From Phaeospirillum sp. (GTDB lineage: Bacteria > Pseudomonadota > Alphaproteobacteria > Rhodospirillales > Magnetospirillaceae), in assembly GCA_030651575.1 (NCBI GenBank), contig JAUSFB010000027.1, positions 336,897 to 368,896 of the forward strand: a DNA stretch of 32,000 nt, written 5' to 3'. The first letter of the stretch is position 1. Each line of letters opens with the position of its first letter. Shown here one piece after another: positions 1-8,821 of this stretch. The position numbers were made by a program, and so were the translations under genes. The notes under the pieces are model-generated. The model ran no database searches, was not told the origin of the DNA, and saw only the letters and a list, made by a program, of their open reading frames with translations.

Positions 1-26
1 GCGGCGTTGCGAGCGCGACGAACGTT

Positions 27-668
27 CTAGGAAGGGAGAGGGCGGAAATCCGATGGGGTACGCGCCCCTTCCACCCATTCCCGCATGGCCGGCAAAGCCA
101 TGACCGCGTCGCAATAAGCCTGTGACGCCTTGCCGACCGGCAGGTGGCAGGTGCGCAGGCGGGTGACTACCGGGGCGTACATGGCGTCGGCGATGGAAAA
201 GTCCCCGAACAGGAACGGGCCGCTTACGCCGAAGCGGGCGCGGCAATCGCTCCACAGGGCGTCAATGCGCGCCAGATCGGCCGCCACCTCGTCGGGAATC
301 CCGGTCATGGGGGTGTCGCCCAGCACATCCATGGGACAGTCGCGTCGCAGCGGCATGAACCCGGAATGCATTTCGGCGGCGACGGCGCGGGCGACGGCGC
401 GGGCCTGGACGTTGCGGGGCCACAACATGGGGGCACGCTCGGCCAGATACTCGCAGATCGCCAGCGAGTCCCAGACCTTGAAGCCGTCCTCGTCCAGCAG
501 CGGCACCTTGCCCGATGGCGAGTGCTTCAAGATGTCGGCCTTGGTGTCGGGCTGACGCAAGGCGATCTCGACCTCCTCGAAGGCGATTCCGGCGACCTTG
601 AGGGCCAGCCACGGCCGTAGCGACCACGATGAAAAACGCTTGGTGCCGATGACCAGGGTAAGGGACAT
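27..668 (-). CDS. Glutathione S-transferase family protein
   Basis: The ORF 27-752 is trimmed to the ATG at 668 (MSLTLVIGTKRFSSWSLRPWLALKVAGIAFEEVEI...). A GGAG lies just upstream on the minus strand. The N-terminal thioredoxin-like GST pattern (SSWSLRPW, KVPLL, DSLAICEYL) is present and third-codon positions are GC-rich. Confidence 0.85.
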   Translation of the reverse strand: MSLTLVIGTKRFSSWSLRPWLALKVAGIAFEEVEIALRQPDTKADILKHSPSGKVPLLDEDGFKVWDSLAICEYLAERAPMLWPRNVQARAVARAVAAEMHSGFMPLRRDCPMDVLGDTPMTGIPDEVAADLARIDALWSDCRARFGVSGPFLFGDFSIADAMYAPVVTRLRTCHLPVGKASQAYCDAVMALPAMREWVEGARTPSDFRPLPS

Positions 669-740
669 GGGAGATTCTCCGGTGACGGCGAAAGCGAAAT
701 ATTGTCTAAGGAATACGGGAATGGATAGGAGGATTTTGCC

Positions 741-2141
741 GTGCCGGAACATCTGATCGAGGCCGGGGCCGAAGCGGTCGAACTGGTGGCCCTGCGCAAG
801 CCCGACCTTGCCGGCTGGCTGGACGGACAGCCGGAGGCGGTGCGCGGCTGGGTGGGCTCGGTGGGCTTTGCCGCCGAGGCCGGCGCGGTCTGCCTCGTTC
901 CCGACGCGCAGGGGCGGCTGGTCAGCGCCCTGTTCGGACTACCCGACGACGACGCCCCCTGGACCTTCGCCCAATTGCCGGCCAAGCTGCCGCAGGGCGC
1001 CTACCGCATGGCCCCGGAGCCGGATGCCCGCCTCGCCACCCGGGCCGCCCTGGCCTGGGCACTGGCGACCTATTCCTTCGACCGCTACAAAAGCCGCAAC
1101 GGCCGAAGCTGGCCCAAACTGGTCTGGCCCCAGGCCGCCGACCGTGCCCAGGTCTGTCGTTGCCATAGCGCAACGACCCTGGCGCGCGACCTGATCAACA
1201 CCCCCGCCGCCGATCTGGGACCGGCCGAATTAGCCGGGGCGGCCGAGCTGCTGGCGGCGCGATTCGGAGCGACCTGCCGGGTGGTCGTCGGCGACGGCTT
1301 GCTGGTGGAGAACTATCCCGCCATCCATGCCGTCGGCCGCGCCGCCGCCACCCAGCGCCGACCCCGCCTGATCGACCTTGTCTGGGGCGACGCGGCGGCT
1401 CCTCGGGTCACCTTGGTGGGCAAGGGCGTATGCTTTGATTCCGGCGGCCTCGACCTGAAGCCGTCCTCGAACATGAAGCTGATGAAAAAGGACATGGGCG
1501 GCGCGGCCCACGTCCTGGCGCTGGCCTCCATGATCATGGAAGCGGGGTTGGGGGTTCGCCTGCGGGTCTTGATCCCGGCGGTGGAGAATTCGGTTTCGGG
1601 CGACTCCATGCGGCCGCTGGACGTGCTGGCCACCCGCAAGGGGTTGAGTGTCGAGGTCGGTAATACCGATGCCGAGGGCCGCCTGATCCTCTGCGACGCC
1701 CTGGCCGAGGCGTCGCGCGACGCACCCGAATTGCTGATCGACATCGCCACCCTGACCGGGGCGGCCCGCACCGCCCTTGGCCCCGACCTGCCGGCGCTGT
1801 TTTGCAATGACGAGCGGCTGGCCGTCGACATCTTGCGGGCCGGCGAGACCGAGGGCGATCCGCTGTGGCGGCTGCCGCTGTACAAGCCCTACCGCCGCAT
1901 GCTGGACAGCAAGGTCGCCGATCTCGCCAACGTGTCCGATTCTCCCCATGCCGGGGCCATCACCGCCGCGCTGTTCCTCCAGGAATTCGTCGAGGCCGGC
2001 ATTGCCTGGGCTCATCTCGACGTGCTGGCCTGGAACCTCTCCAGCCGGCCCGGCCGGCCCGAGGGCGGCGAGGCCCTGGCCCTGCGGGCATTATTCGCGA
2101 CGGTGGCGGAACGATTTCCCGCCGTGAGTATGTCTGGTTAA
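741..2141 (+). CDS. Leucyl aminopeptidase family protein (peptidase M17)
   Basis: GTG start at 741 with AGGAGG about 9 nt upstream. M17 motifs are present: VGKGVCFDSGGLDLKP and the NTDAEGRLILCDAL signature. 466 aa. Confidence 0.9.
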   Translation: MPEHLIEAGAEAVELVALRKPDLAGWLDGQPEAVRGWVGSVGFAAEAGAVCLVPDAQGRLVSALFGLPDDDAPWTFAQLPAKLPQGAYRMAPEPDARLATRAALAWALATYSFDRYKSRNGRSWPKLVWPQAADRAQVCRCHSATTLARDLINTPAADLGPAELAGAAELLAARFGATCRVVVGDGLLVENYPAIHAVGRAAATQRRPRLIDLVWGDAAAPRVTLVGKGVCFDSGGLDLKPSSNMKLMKKDMGGAAHVLALASMIMEAGLGVRLRVLIPAVENSVSGDSMRPLDVLATRKGLSVEVGNTDAEGRLILCDALAEASRDAPELLIDIATLTGAARTALGPDLPALFCNDERLAVDILRAGETEGDPLWRLPLYKPYRRMLDSKVADLANVSDSPHAGAITAALFLQEFVEAGIAWAHLDVLAWNLSSRPGRPEGGEALALRALFATVAERFPAVSMSG

Positions 2142-2248
2142 GGATTCGCCATTATAACATCATGACAAATGGCCGTAGGGTCATGTGGGCCATTGCCGGA
2201 TGCCTCGGCCTCGGCTAGAAAGATTTCGTCGTCGCAACGAATGAGTGG

Positions 2249-2611
2249 GTGATGGGCGTTCCTCTGAAAGCAGTGCAGGCGCTTGATCTTTGGCGGGGAG
2301 CCATTGTCGAGAGCGTGCGTCGGGATGCTCCTGATCTGTCTGCGCGCCAGATGGCGCTGTTGCTGACGGTTTACCTGACTCCGCCGCCCCACACCGTTCG
2401 CGGCCTCGCCACCACCCTCAACATCTCCAAGCCGGCCATCACCCGCGCGCTGGACCGCCTGACCGAGTACGGACTGGTCAAGCGCAAGGTGGACGAGCAG
2501 GACCGCCGCTCGGTTCTGATCCAGCGCACCGTCAAGGGATCGGTGTTCTTGCGCGAATTCGGCGACATCATCGTGCAGGCCGCCACTGACGCCTCGGCCG
2601 GCGTTACCTGA
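2249..2611 (+). CDS. MarR-family winged-helix transcriptional regulator (small, 120 aa)
   Basis: Winged-HTH region LATTLNISKPAITRALDRLTEYGLVKRKVDEQDRRSVLIQRT. The start is GTG 2249 or ATG 2252. The 3' end overlaps the convergent TAXI gene by 8 nt. Confidence 0.8.
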   Translation: MMGVPLKAVQALDLWRGAIVESVRRDAPDLSARQMALLLTVYLTPPPHTVRGLATTLNISKPAITRALDRLTEYGLVKRKVDEQDRRSVLIQRTVKGSVFLREFGDIIVQAATDASAGVT

Positions 2612-3668
2612 TCACTCCGGCATCAAAATAATAGGCCGAGGCTCCACCGTGGAGCTGGATGCCGGTTCGCTCCAATTCGGTGGCGGACAGCCGGAACAGC
2701 CGGCCGCGCGGCCGGCTTCCGGACAACAGCGCCTGGGTGGTGGGGTGCCACAGCGCCCGGGTCACGCCATAGATCAGCTCGTCCGGCTGGTTGGCGCCGG
2801 TGACCAGCATCACGCCCACATCCAGCGTCATCACCTCCACCGCCGCCCCGCCATAGGCCCCGGCGGGAATGGCCGAGGCGCTGAGAAACGGGTGCCTTGC
2901 CCGTAATTTATCGATCTCCGGCCCGCCGAGCGCGATCAGCTCGATCCCAGTCCGCTGGGCCAGTTCGGTCAGGATGGGGGCCGGATAGGCGTCGATCACC
3001 AGCATGGCGTCCAACTGTCCGGCGGCCATGGCGTCGGCGGCGGCTTCCGGCGATAGGGGACTCAGCCTGACTTGGGACTCCGGCAGGCCAAAGGCGGCCA
3101 GCAGCATCCGGCCATGCAGCAATTCGACGGAGTCCTTGCCGCCGAACGACACCCGCTTGCCCTTAAGATCACGGACCGAGCGGATCCGCGCATCGCGCCG
3201 GACCGCCAGGTGCAGGCTTTCCGGATAGAGCATGGCGATGGCGCGTAATTTCCTCGCGGCGCCCCGGCCCTTGTAGACGCCGGTTCCATGATAGGCCCAA
3301 TAGGCGATATCCGATTGAACCAGGGCGGCATCCAGGCGCCCGGCTTCGATGGCCTCTACATTGGCGAGGGAGCCGCCGGTGGATTTCGCCACCGCCACCA
3401 TGCCGGGAACCCCGCACGACCCGCCCTTGTCACAGTCGCGCGACCCCGGTGGATTGCTGATGGCGTTGGCGACCTGCCCGCCGAAGGCAAAGCCGGTTTC
3501 GCCGGTGGGGCCGGTTCCGATCTGAAAAAAGCGGATGTCCTGGGCGGCTGCCATGCCGATGGATAGCGCCAGACCGACGCCCGTCACCAGGGTGACGGCC
3601 ATGCGGCGGATGGCGGTTTTTGAAAGGGATGGGATGGAATCCCCTGGCCTCTGACGGTCGGTCATCAT
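2604..3668 (-). CDS. TAXI-family TRAP transporter solute-binding receptor
   Basis: The ORF is trimmed to the MMTDRQ... start at 3668. A signal-like segment (AVTLVTGVGLALSIGMAAAQD) is followed by TAXI-type motifs: IGTGPTGETGFAFGG and GGSLANVEAIEAGRLDAALVQSDIAYWAYHGTG. Confidence 0.85.
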   Translation of the reverse strand: MMTDRQRPGDSIPSLSKTAIRRMAVTLVTGVGLALSIGMAAAQDIRFFQIGTGPTGETGFAFGGQVANAISNPPGSRDCDKGGSCGVPGMVAVAKSTGGSLANVEAIEAGRLDAALVQSDIAYWAYHGTGVYKGRGAARKLRAIAMLYPESLHLAVRRDARIRSVRDLKGKRVSFGGKDSVELLHGRMLLAAFGLPESQVRLSPLSPEAAADAMAAGQLDAMLVIDAYPAPILTELAQRTGIELIALGGPEIDKLRARHPFLSASAIPAGAYGGAAVEVMTLDVGVMLVTGANQPDELIYGVTRALWHPTTQALLSGSRPRGRLFRLSATELERTGIQLHGGASAYYFDAGVIR

Positions 3669-3886
3669 GGGATGCTTGCATGTGTTTGCGGTTGATGAGC
3701 ACAGTCGCTCGTCAATGTCGGAATCACCATTCGCAAGGCTAGCATGGCTCCGCCATATCACTAAGTCCTTATGTGTTTCAGCCTCATCAGTGGGGTGGTC
3801 GGCCGGCAACGCATCTTGACCATTGCGAATGGCGTCAAAGCAGGCAGAATGTCCGCGGGTACCGTTGGGGGAGGGATGCCGTCCGA

Positions 3887-4915
3887 ATGTCGGATGATGA
3901 TGGACTTAAACCAATCAATGACAGCGACATGGATTCCATGTTCGTGTTGCCGCTGTCGATCATTCCACTCCAGACCCCGGCTCTTCAGTCCGCGAAGCTG
4001 ATCAAGAACGTGCGCCTGCGCAGCGCCGTGGAAATCTTCTCCGATATTCAGACCGGGTCCGGTCAGGTGGATGTGGAGGGGTTGCCAGCGATGTTCGGCT
4101 GGCCGGTGGATCAGGTGCATCCCGATCTGGGGATTATCCGCCGTCTGGCGCTGCTGCCCAGCTATGACGTGTATTCCTTGCGCATTTCGCTGCGCGAGCA
4201 CGGCATCCCGGTCAATGACTACGCCGCGTTGAAGCTGTCGCCGGAGAAGGCGGCGGAACTGACCCGCTATATGATCATGTTCACCCGGCCGTTGATGAAG
4301 ATGATCTATTCCGGCGAGGATGTGCAGGTCGACAGCTATGAAGACCTGATGAAGCTGTTCCGTGATCCCGACATCAAGAAGGCGCGCCAGCGACTGGAAA
4401 CCATGGCGGAAAGCCTGGGCATCGACATTTTCGATGTGCCGCGCTTTCTGGAAGACTATGGCGACACCTTCATGTCTCTCAGTTATTTCCGTCACTGCCT
4501 GGACCGGCTGGAGCCGTATTTCACCGCCTGCGTCCAATCCATGTCGCCCATCCGCAGTCACTTCCAGTTAAAGCAGAACGCCAATCTGATGAAGTCCTGC
4601 AACATGATCGAGGAAGTCATCAACTCGATCAGCGCCTCGATTTCAGGCCGGCTGGAGGTGTTTGACAAGCGGACACGCGAGATGTGGGAAAATATCTCGC
4701 AAGAAGAGTTCCGGTCGGTCAAGGGGATGATCGAGCGTTACCACGTCACCATCGGCGCCGCCCTGTGCGGCCTGACGGTGAAGATGAGCGCCTTCGCCAA
4801 GATGTTCCCGCGGCCCCAGTCCGGTGGACCGATCAAACGTGCCGATTTCATGATGACCGAGATGATCCAGGGGATCGAGCTGATCCGCGACGTGGACAAG
4901 CAGTTCTCGGTATAA
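3887..4915 (+). CDS. Hypothetical cytoplasmic protein (342 aa), no family recognised
   Basis: Long ORF with protein-like composition from MSDDDGLKPINDSD... (ATG 3887). No TM segment or motif that I recognise. Codon usage is visibly more A/T-rich than in neighbouring genes. Confidence 0.6.
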   Translation: MSDDDGLKPINDSDMDSMFVLPLSIIPLQTPALQSAKLIKNVRLRSAVEIFSDIQTGSGQVDVEGLPAMFGWPVDQVHPDLGIIRRLALLPSYDVYSLRISLREHGIPVNDYAALKLSPEKAAELTRYMIMFTRPLMKMIYSGEDVQVDSYEDLMKLFRDPDIKKARQRLETMAESLGIDIFDVPRFLEDYGDTFMSLSYFRHCLDRLEPYFTACVQSMSPIRSHFQLKQNANLMKSCNMIEEVINSISASISGRLEVFDKRTREMWENISQEEFRSVKGMIERYHVTIGAALCGLTVKMSAFAKMFPRPQSGGPIKRADFMMTEMIQGIELIRDVDKQFSV

Positions 4916-4941
4916 CGACCCTGGCCGGCGGCTTGTCTTTG

Positions 4942-5127
4942 CTACTTACGAAAGCCGATATCCGACAATTCGCGGTGGTCGAGGCGGGCCATCTCGTGAT
5001 CCAGCCGGCGATGGGCGGTCCAGGACCGGGCCAGCCTGGCGGCGCGCGCCAGCAGGCGGCGCAGGGCGGTGGCGACGCCAAGATCGATTTCGAAGGCGGC
5101 GGAGTGGGTCAGCTGGTGCAGGGTCAT
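4942..5127 (-). CDS. DUF1127 domain-containing small protein (61 aa)
   Basis: An Arg-rich helix is followed by the C-terminal LDHRELSDIGFRK. This matches the DUF1127 pattern (…L..L.D..L.DIG..R) as I remember it. ATG at 5127, TAG stop. Confidence 0.7.
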   Translation of the reverse strand: MTLHQLTHSAAFEIDLGVATALRRLLARAARLARSWTAHRRLDHEMARLDHRELSDIGFRK

Positions 5128-5346
5128 GGCGCAACCTCGGTCGGGGGTGTTCTCGTGTCGCCATCACCATACTGTTCCTGAACGGGGCCGGAAACGCACA
5201 GCTTTGCATGGGCCGATGCAAAATTGGCATATCGGTACCGAATTGCGTATTATGCGGTCTTCCCCAGGCGATCCGATCATGAGCTTGTGTCGAATGAAAA
5301 GATGGCGTCAAAATAATCTTAAGGCCCCACAGCGAAGATTGGGTCA

Positions 5347-7962
5347 ATGACCGAGGGAGAGCAACGGCCGGGATTGAGGCCCCGTATCGCCATGGCGATC
5401 GCGGCGACTTGCTTCGCCTCCATTCTGGTCGTGGTCACCTATCTGTATTGGGCGTTGGAGAACGCGGCGGTGGCGCAGTGGCAGCAAGAGCGCAGGGCCG
5501 ACAGCGCCACCCTGGCCCTCGGCTTTGACCGCACAATCAAGGAGATGATCGGAGACCTCCGCCTGGGGGCCGCCATACCGGCCATGGCGAGCCTGCCCGA
5601 CGTCAACCGGGTCGTACCCGCCCTCAACGGACTTCCCCTGGGGGTCGATGTGGAGAAGCGCCGGGTGCTGGACGCCATCATCGATGACGGCGCCTTCTCG
5701 GTAGCGTTCATCCTTCAGCCCAACGGCGACCATTACATCAGCCATCCCTACGAGGTTCAGAAGAATCTCAGGCGGTTCAATCTGGCCGACCGGCCCTATT
5801 TCAAGGAAGCGACCAGAACGCGCCAGCCGGTGCTGTCGGACGCCTTCATCGGGGCCGACGGGGTGCCGGGCGTCGCCATCGATATTCCGCGCCTGAATGA
5901 CGCGGGCGAGATCGTCCTTCACCTGGGGGGCGTCATCCACCTGCCGCGTCTGACCGAGTTGTTCACCATGACCATCAGCACCGCCTACGATGTCGGCCTG
6001 CTGGTGGACCGACACGGCGAGCCCATCGCCAAATCCCGGAATATGGAGGCGACCGGTCTGTCGCCCGAACCGCTGGCCGTCGCCTTGCGGCTGTATCAGG
6101 CCGAACGGCCGGAGGCGGGACAGGTCGCCGTTCGTTTCTATCACGACCACGACAATAACGAAGACGTCCTGGCCACATTCGTGGTGCTGCCCTCCGGCTG
6201 GGCGATCGCCATGGCGCGGGGGCGCTCGACCTTCATCACCGAAATCCGCCCGGAGCTGACCCGCATCTCGCTCATGGTGGGCTTTTTACTGTTTGTCATG
6301 GGCGCAATCGGCTTTGTCATCGCCAGCCATATCGCCGGACGGTGGGAGGATTCGCAGCGCGCCCTGGCCGCCGCCCATGACGAGTTGGAGGACCGTGTCC
6401 GCCAACGGACCGCCGACCTCGACCGCAGCCGCCACGACCTGCAACTGAAGTCGACGACGCTGGAAACCATCTTGGAAAATATCAGCCACGGCATCAGCCT
6501 CTACGACGCCGACCTGAATCTGGTGACCTATAACCGGCGCTTTATCGAGTTGCTCAATCTCCCCCCGGAGATGATCCGCCCCGGCATTTCCCTGGCCGAC
6601 TATCTGCGCTTCAATGCCGAGCGGGGCGAGTACGGACCGGGAGACGTCGAGGCCATTGTCGCCGAGCGAATGGCGCTGGCCCGCGATTTTCAGCCGTTCC
6701 GCACCCAGAGAGTCGGGTCTGGCGGCACGAATCTGGAGGTGGTCGGCACCCCCCTGCCCGGCGGCGGGCTTGTCGCCACCCATACCGACATCACCGAGGC
6801 CAAACGGGCCGAGGAAGCCCTGCGGACCTTGTCGCGGGCGGTGGAGCAAAGTCCGGTCTCGGTGATCATCACCGATCCCGACGGCAATATCGAATACGTC
6901 AATCCCAAGTTCGTCGCGGTGACCGGTTATACCCTGGACGAGGCCCGGGGAAAGAATCCGCGCGTCTTGAAGTCCGGCCTCACCCAAGATGACACCTACC
7001 GCAATCTGTGGCGGACCATCTCCTCGGGCGGGACCTGGGAAGGCGACATCCAGAACCGCAAGAAAAATGGCGAACTGTTCTGGGAAAGCGCGACCATTTC
7101 GCCCATTCGCGCCCCCGACGGCGCCGTCATCCACTTCCTGGCGGTCAAGGAGGACATCAGCGCCCGCAAGCAGGCGGAGGCCGACCTTCTCGCCGCATGG
7201 CAGGCCGCCGAGGAGGCCAACCGGTCCAAGACCGTGTTCCTCTCCCATATGAGCCATGAATTGCGGACGCCGCTGACCGCCGTCCTCGGTTATGCCGAGA
7301 TGATGGATGTGGAAATCGCCGGCCCGCTGTCTCCCGTCTATGCCGACTATGTGGACAGCATCGTCACCAGCGGCCATCACCTGCTGTCCATCATCGACGA
7401 GGTGCTCGACATCAGCCGGATCGAACTGGGTAGCTACCGGACCGCGACCGATATCGTGAATCTGGGCGTCATCGCCGCCGAATGCGTGGCGATGATCCGG
7501 CCGCAATGCGCCGCCAAGGGGATCGACATCGTCATATCGCCCGCCCCCACGGTGGAGCTTGACAGCGATGGCCGCGCCTTGCGTCAGATCCTGATCAACC
7601 TGCTGGGCAACGCGGTCAAATACACCCAGCGCGGCCGCGTCACCCTTGCCATCGCCCCGGCCCCGGACGGCGGCGGGATCGTGACCATAAGCGACACCGG
7701 CTGCGGCATTCCGGCGGAAAAGCTCGACCGCATCTTCGAGCCGTTTCAGCAGGTCGATCCCCTGCGGGCCGACCCGGCGCGCGGCGTCGGGCTGGGCCTG
7801 GCGATCTGCCGCCGGATCGTCGATCTGTTGGGCGGCACCATCGTCATCCGCTCCCAATATGGTCAGGGCTCCACGGTGACCGTGACGCTTCCGGCCCGCC
7901 TCGAATCCCCCTGTCTCGACAAAGATGGGGAGGGTGAGTCGCAACGGTCTGTTGTATGCTAG
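5347..7962 (+). CDS. Sensor histidine kinase (TM - Cache-like periplasmic domain - TM - coiled coil - two PAS domains - HisKA - HATPase_c)
   Basis: H-box FLSHMSHELRTPLTAVLGYAEMM, N-box LINLLGNAVKYT, G1 ISDTGCGIP and G2 GVGLGLAICRRIV are present. A Cache-like DRPYFKEA lies between two hydrophobic segments. A PAS region is present (SPVSVIITDPDGNIEYVNPKF...GKNPRVLKSG). No receiver domain. Confidence 0.9.
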   Translation: MTEGEQRPGLRPRIAMAIAATCFASILVVVTYLYWALENAAVAQWQQERRADSATLALGFDRTIKEMIGDLRLGAAIPAMASLPDVNRVVPALNGLPLGVDVEKRRVLDAIIDDGAFSVAFILQPNGDHYISHPYEVQKNLRRFNLADRPYFKEATRTRQPVLSDAFIGADGVPGVAIDIPRLNDAGEIVLHLGGVIHLPRLTELFTMTISTAYDVGLLVDRHGEPIAKSRNMEATGLSPEPLAVALRLYQAERPEAGQVAVRFYHDHDNNEDVLATFVVLPSGWAIAMARGRSTFITEIRPELTRISLMVGFLLFVMGAIGFVIASHIAGRWEDSQRALAAAHDELEDRVRQRTADLDRSRHDLQLKSTTLETILENISHGISLYDADLNLVTYNRRFIELLNLPPEMIRPGISLADYLRFNAERGEYGPGDVEAIVAERMALARDFQPFRTQRVGSGGTNLEVVGTPLPGGGLVATHTDITEAKRAEEALRTLSRAVEQSPVSVIITDPDGNIEYVNPKFVAVTGYTLDEARGKNPRVLKSGLTQDDTYRNLWRTISSGGTWEGDIQNRKKNGELFWESATISPIRAPDGAVIHFLAVKEDISARKQAEADLLAAWQAAEEANRSKTVFLSHMSHELRTPLTAVLGYAEMMDVEIAGPLSPVYADYVDSIVTSGHHLLSIIDEVLDISRIELGSYRTATDIVNLGVIAAECVAMIRPQCAAKGIDIVISPAPTVELDSDGRALRQILINLLGNAVKYTQRGRVTLAIAPAPDGGGIVTISDTGCGIPAEKLDRIFEPFQQVDPLRADPARGVGLGLAICRRIVDLLGGTIVIRSQYGQGSTVTVTLPARLESPCLDKDGEGESQRSVVC

Positions 7963-8402
7963 GGCACGATGATCGCCAGGATAGGAGGGGGATATTGGAT
8001 ACCCGCTGGAAGCCGGAATACGAGGTCGGACACCCCAGGATCGATTATGAACACCGGGTATTTCTCGACCTGATCGGCCAATTCACCGCCGAGGCCGGTC
8101 GCGGCGCCGAGCCGAAGCGGTTGGTGCGGCACTGCGCCGAACTCTATAAATACGCGGATTTCCACTTTTTCAGCGAGGAAGGCCTGCTGGAGGATGTCGG
8201 CTATAACGATATCGAGGGCCATCGCCGTCTGCACAAGGATCTGCTGGACCGGCTGAGGGCCTTCATCGACTCATTCGCCATCGACACCTATATGGCGTCC
8301 GAGATGAGCGGGTTTCTGCTGAACTGGTTCGTCTCGCATACGACATCGGAGGATCCCAAGCACATCCACCTTTTGTCCAAGACATCCCCCTATCTGCGTT
8401 AG
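7956..8402 (+). CDS. Hemerythrin-like metal-binding protein (bacteriohemerythrin family)
   Basis: The diiron ligand pattern is visible: IDYEHRVF, HFFSE (HxxxE), HRRLH (HxxxH) and HTTSED (HxxxxD). ATG 7956 overlaps the kinase stop codon (7960-7962). Confidence 0.8.
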   Translation: MLGHDDRQDRRGILDTRWKPEYEVGHPRIDYEHRVFLDLIGQFTAEAGRGAEPKRLVRHCAELYKYADFHFFSEEGLLEDVGYNDIEGHRRLHKDLLDRLRAFIDSFAIDTYMASEMSGFLLNWFVSHTTSEDPKHIHLLSKTSPYLR

Positions 8403-8755
8403 CGGCTCATTCCCGACATTTCCAGATCGTCCAGAATCACCCACAGGCGACCGATCCCCCCATGTTCGCCGCGAATCAGCCCCACCGGGCCGGCCGGCGA
8501 AGTCACGCGCGCCTCGACGATCAGGCTGATCGCGCCGGAGATGGTGACGCAATGACCCCGGCTCAGAGTCGCCTTGATCCGGGCCTTGTCGGGGGGCTGT
8601 TGGCGTTGCAGGAGAGTCAGGGCGGCGACGGCCTCGCTGCTTTCACAGCCGATCGCCTGCCCCAGGCGGGCATGATAGGTCTCGACGGCGGCCGACGGCG
8701 TCACCGAGGCGAGCAGACCGGCACAGGCCAGGGTCATGACGGAACGATACGTCAC
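8399..8755 (-). CDS. Hypothetical secreted protein (118 aa)
   Basis: N-terminal signal-like MTYRSVMTLACAGLLASVTPSAA. GTG start at 8755, with an alternative ATG at 8737. GC-rich third positions. No family recognised. Confidence 0.5.
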   Translation of the reverse strand: MTYRSVMTLACAGLLASVTPSAAVETYHARLGQAIGCESSEAVAALTLLQRQQPPDKARIKATLSRGHCVTISGAISLIVEARVTSPAGPVGLIRGEHGGIGRLWVILDDLEMSGMSR

Positions 8756-8821
8756 TTGGCGACGGGAAGAACCAGGGTCCAGTCGGAAATATTCATGTGC
8801 GGTTCCTGCGAATGGGAGGCC

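Noticed and set aside
6286-7944. 552-aa minus-strand ORF antisense to the histidine kinase. Similar long antisense ORFs occur at 10812-12431, 13299-14897, 20234-21556, 3761-4561, 5344-6150, 8462-9703 and 17209-18111.
   Set aside because: All lie opposite genes with strong family motifs. Their Arg/Gly/Pro/Ala/Asp-heavy, low-complexity composition is typical of stop-poor shadow frames in high-GC DNA. None has a recognisable domain.
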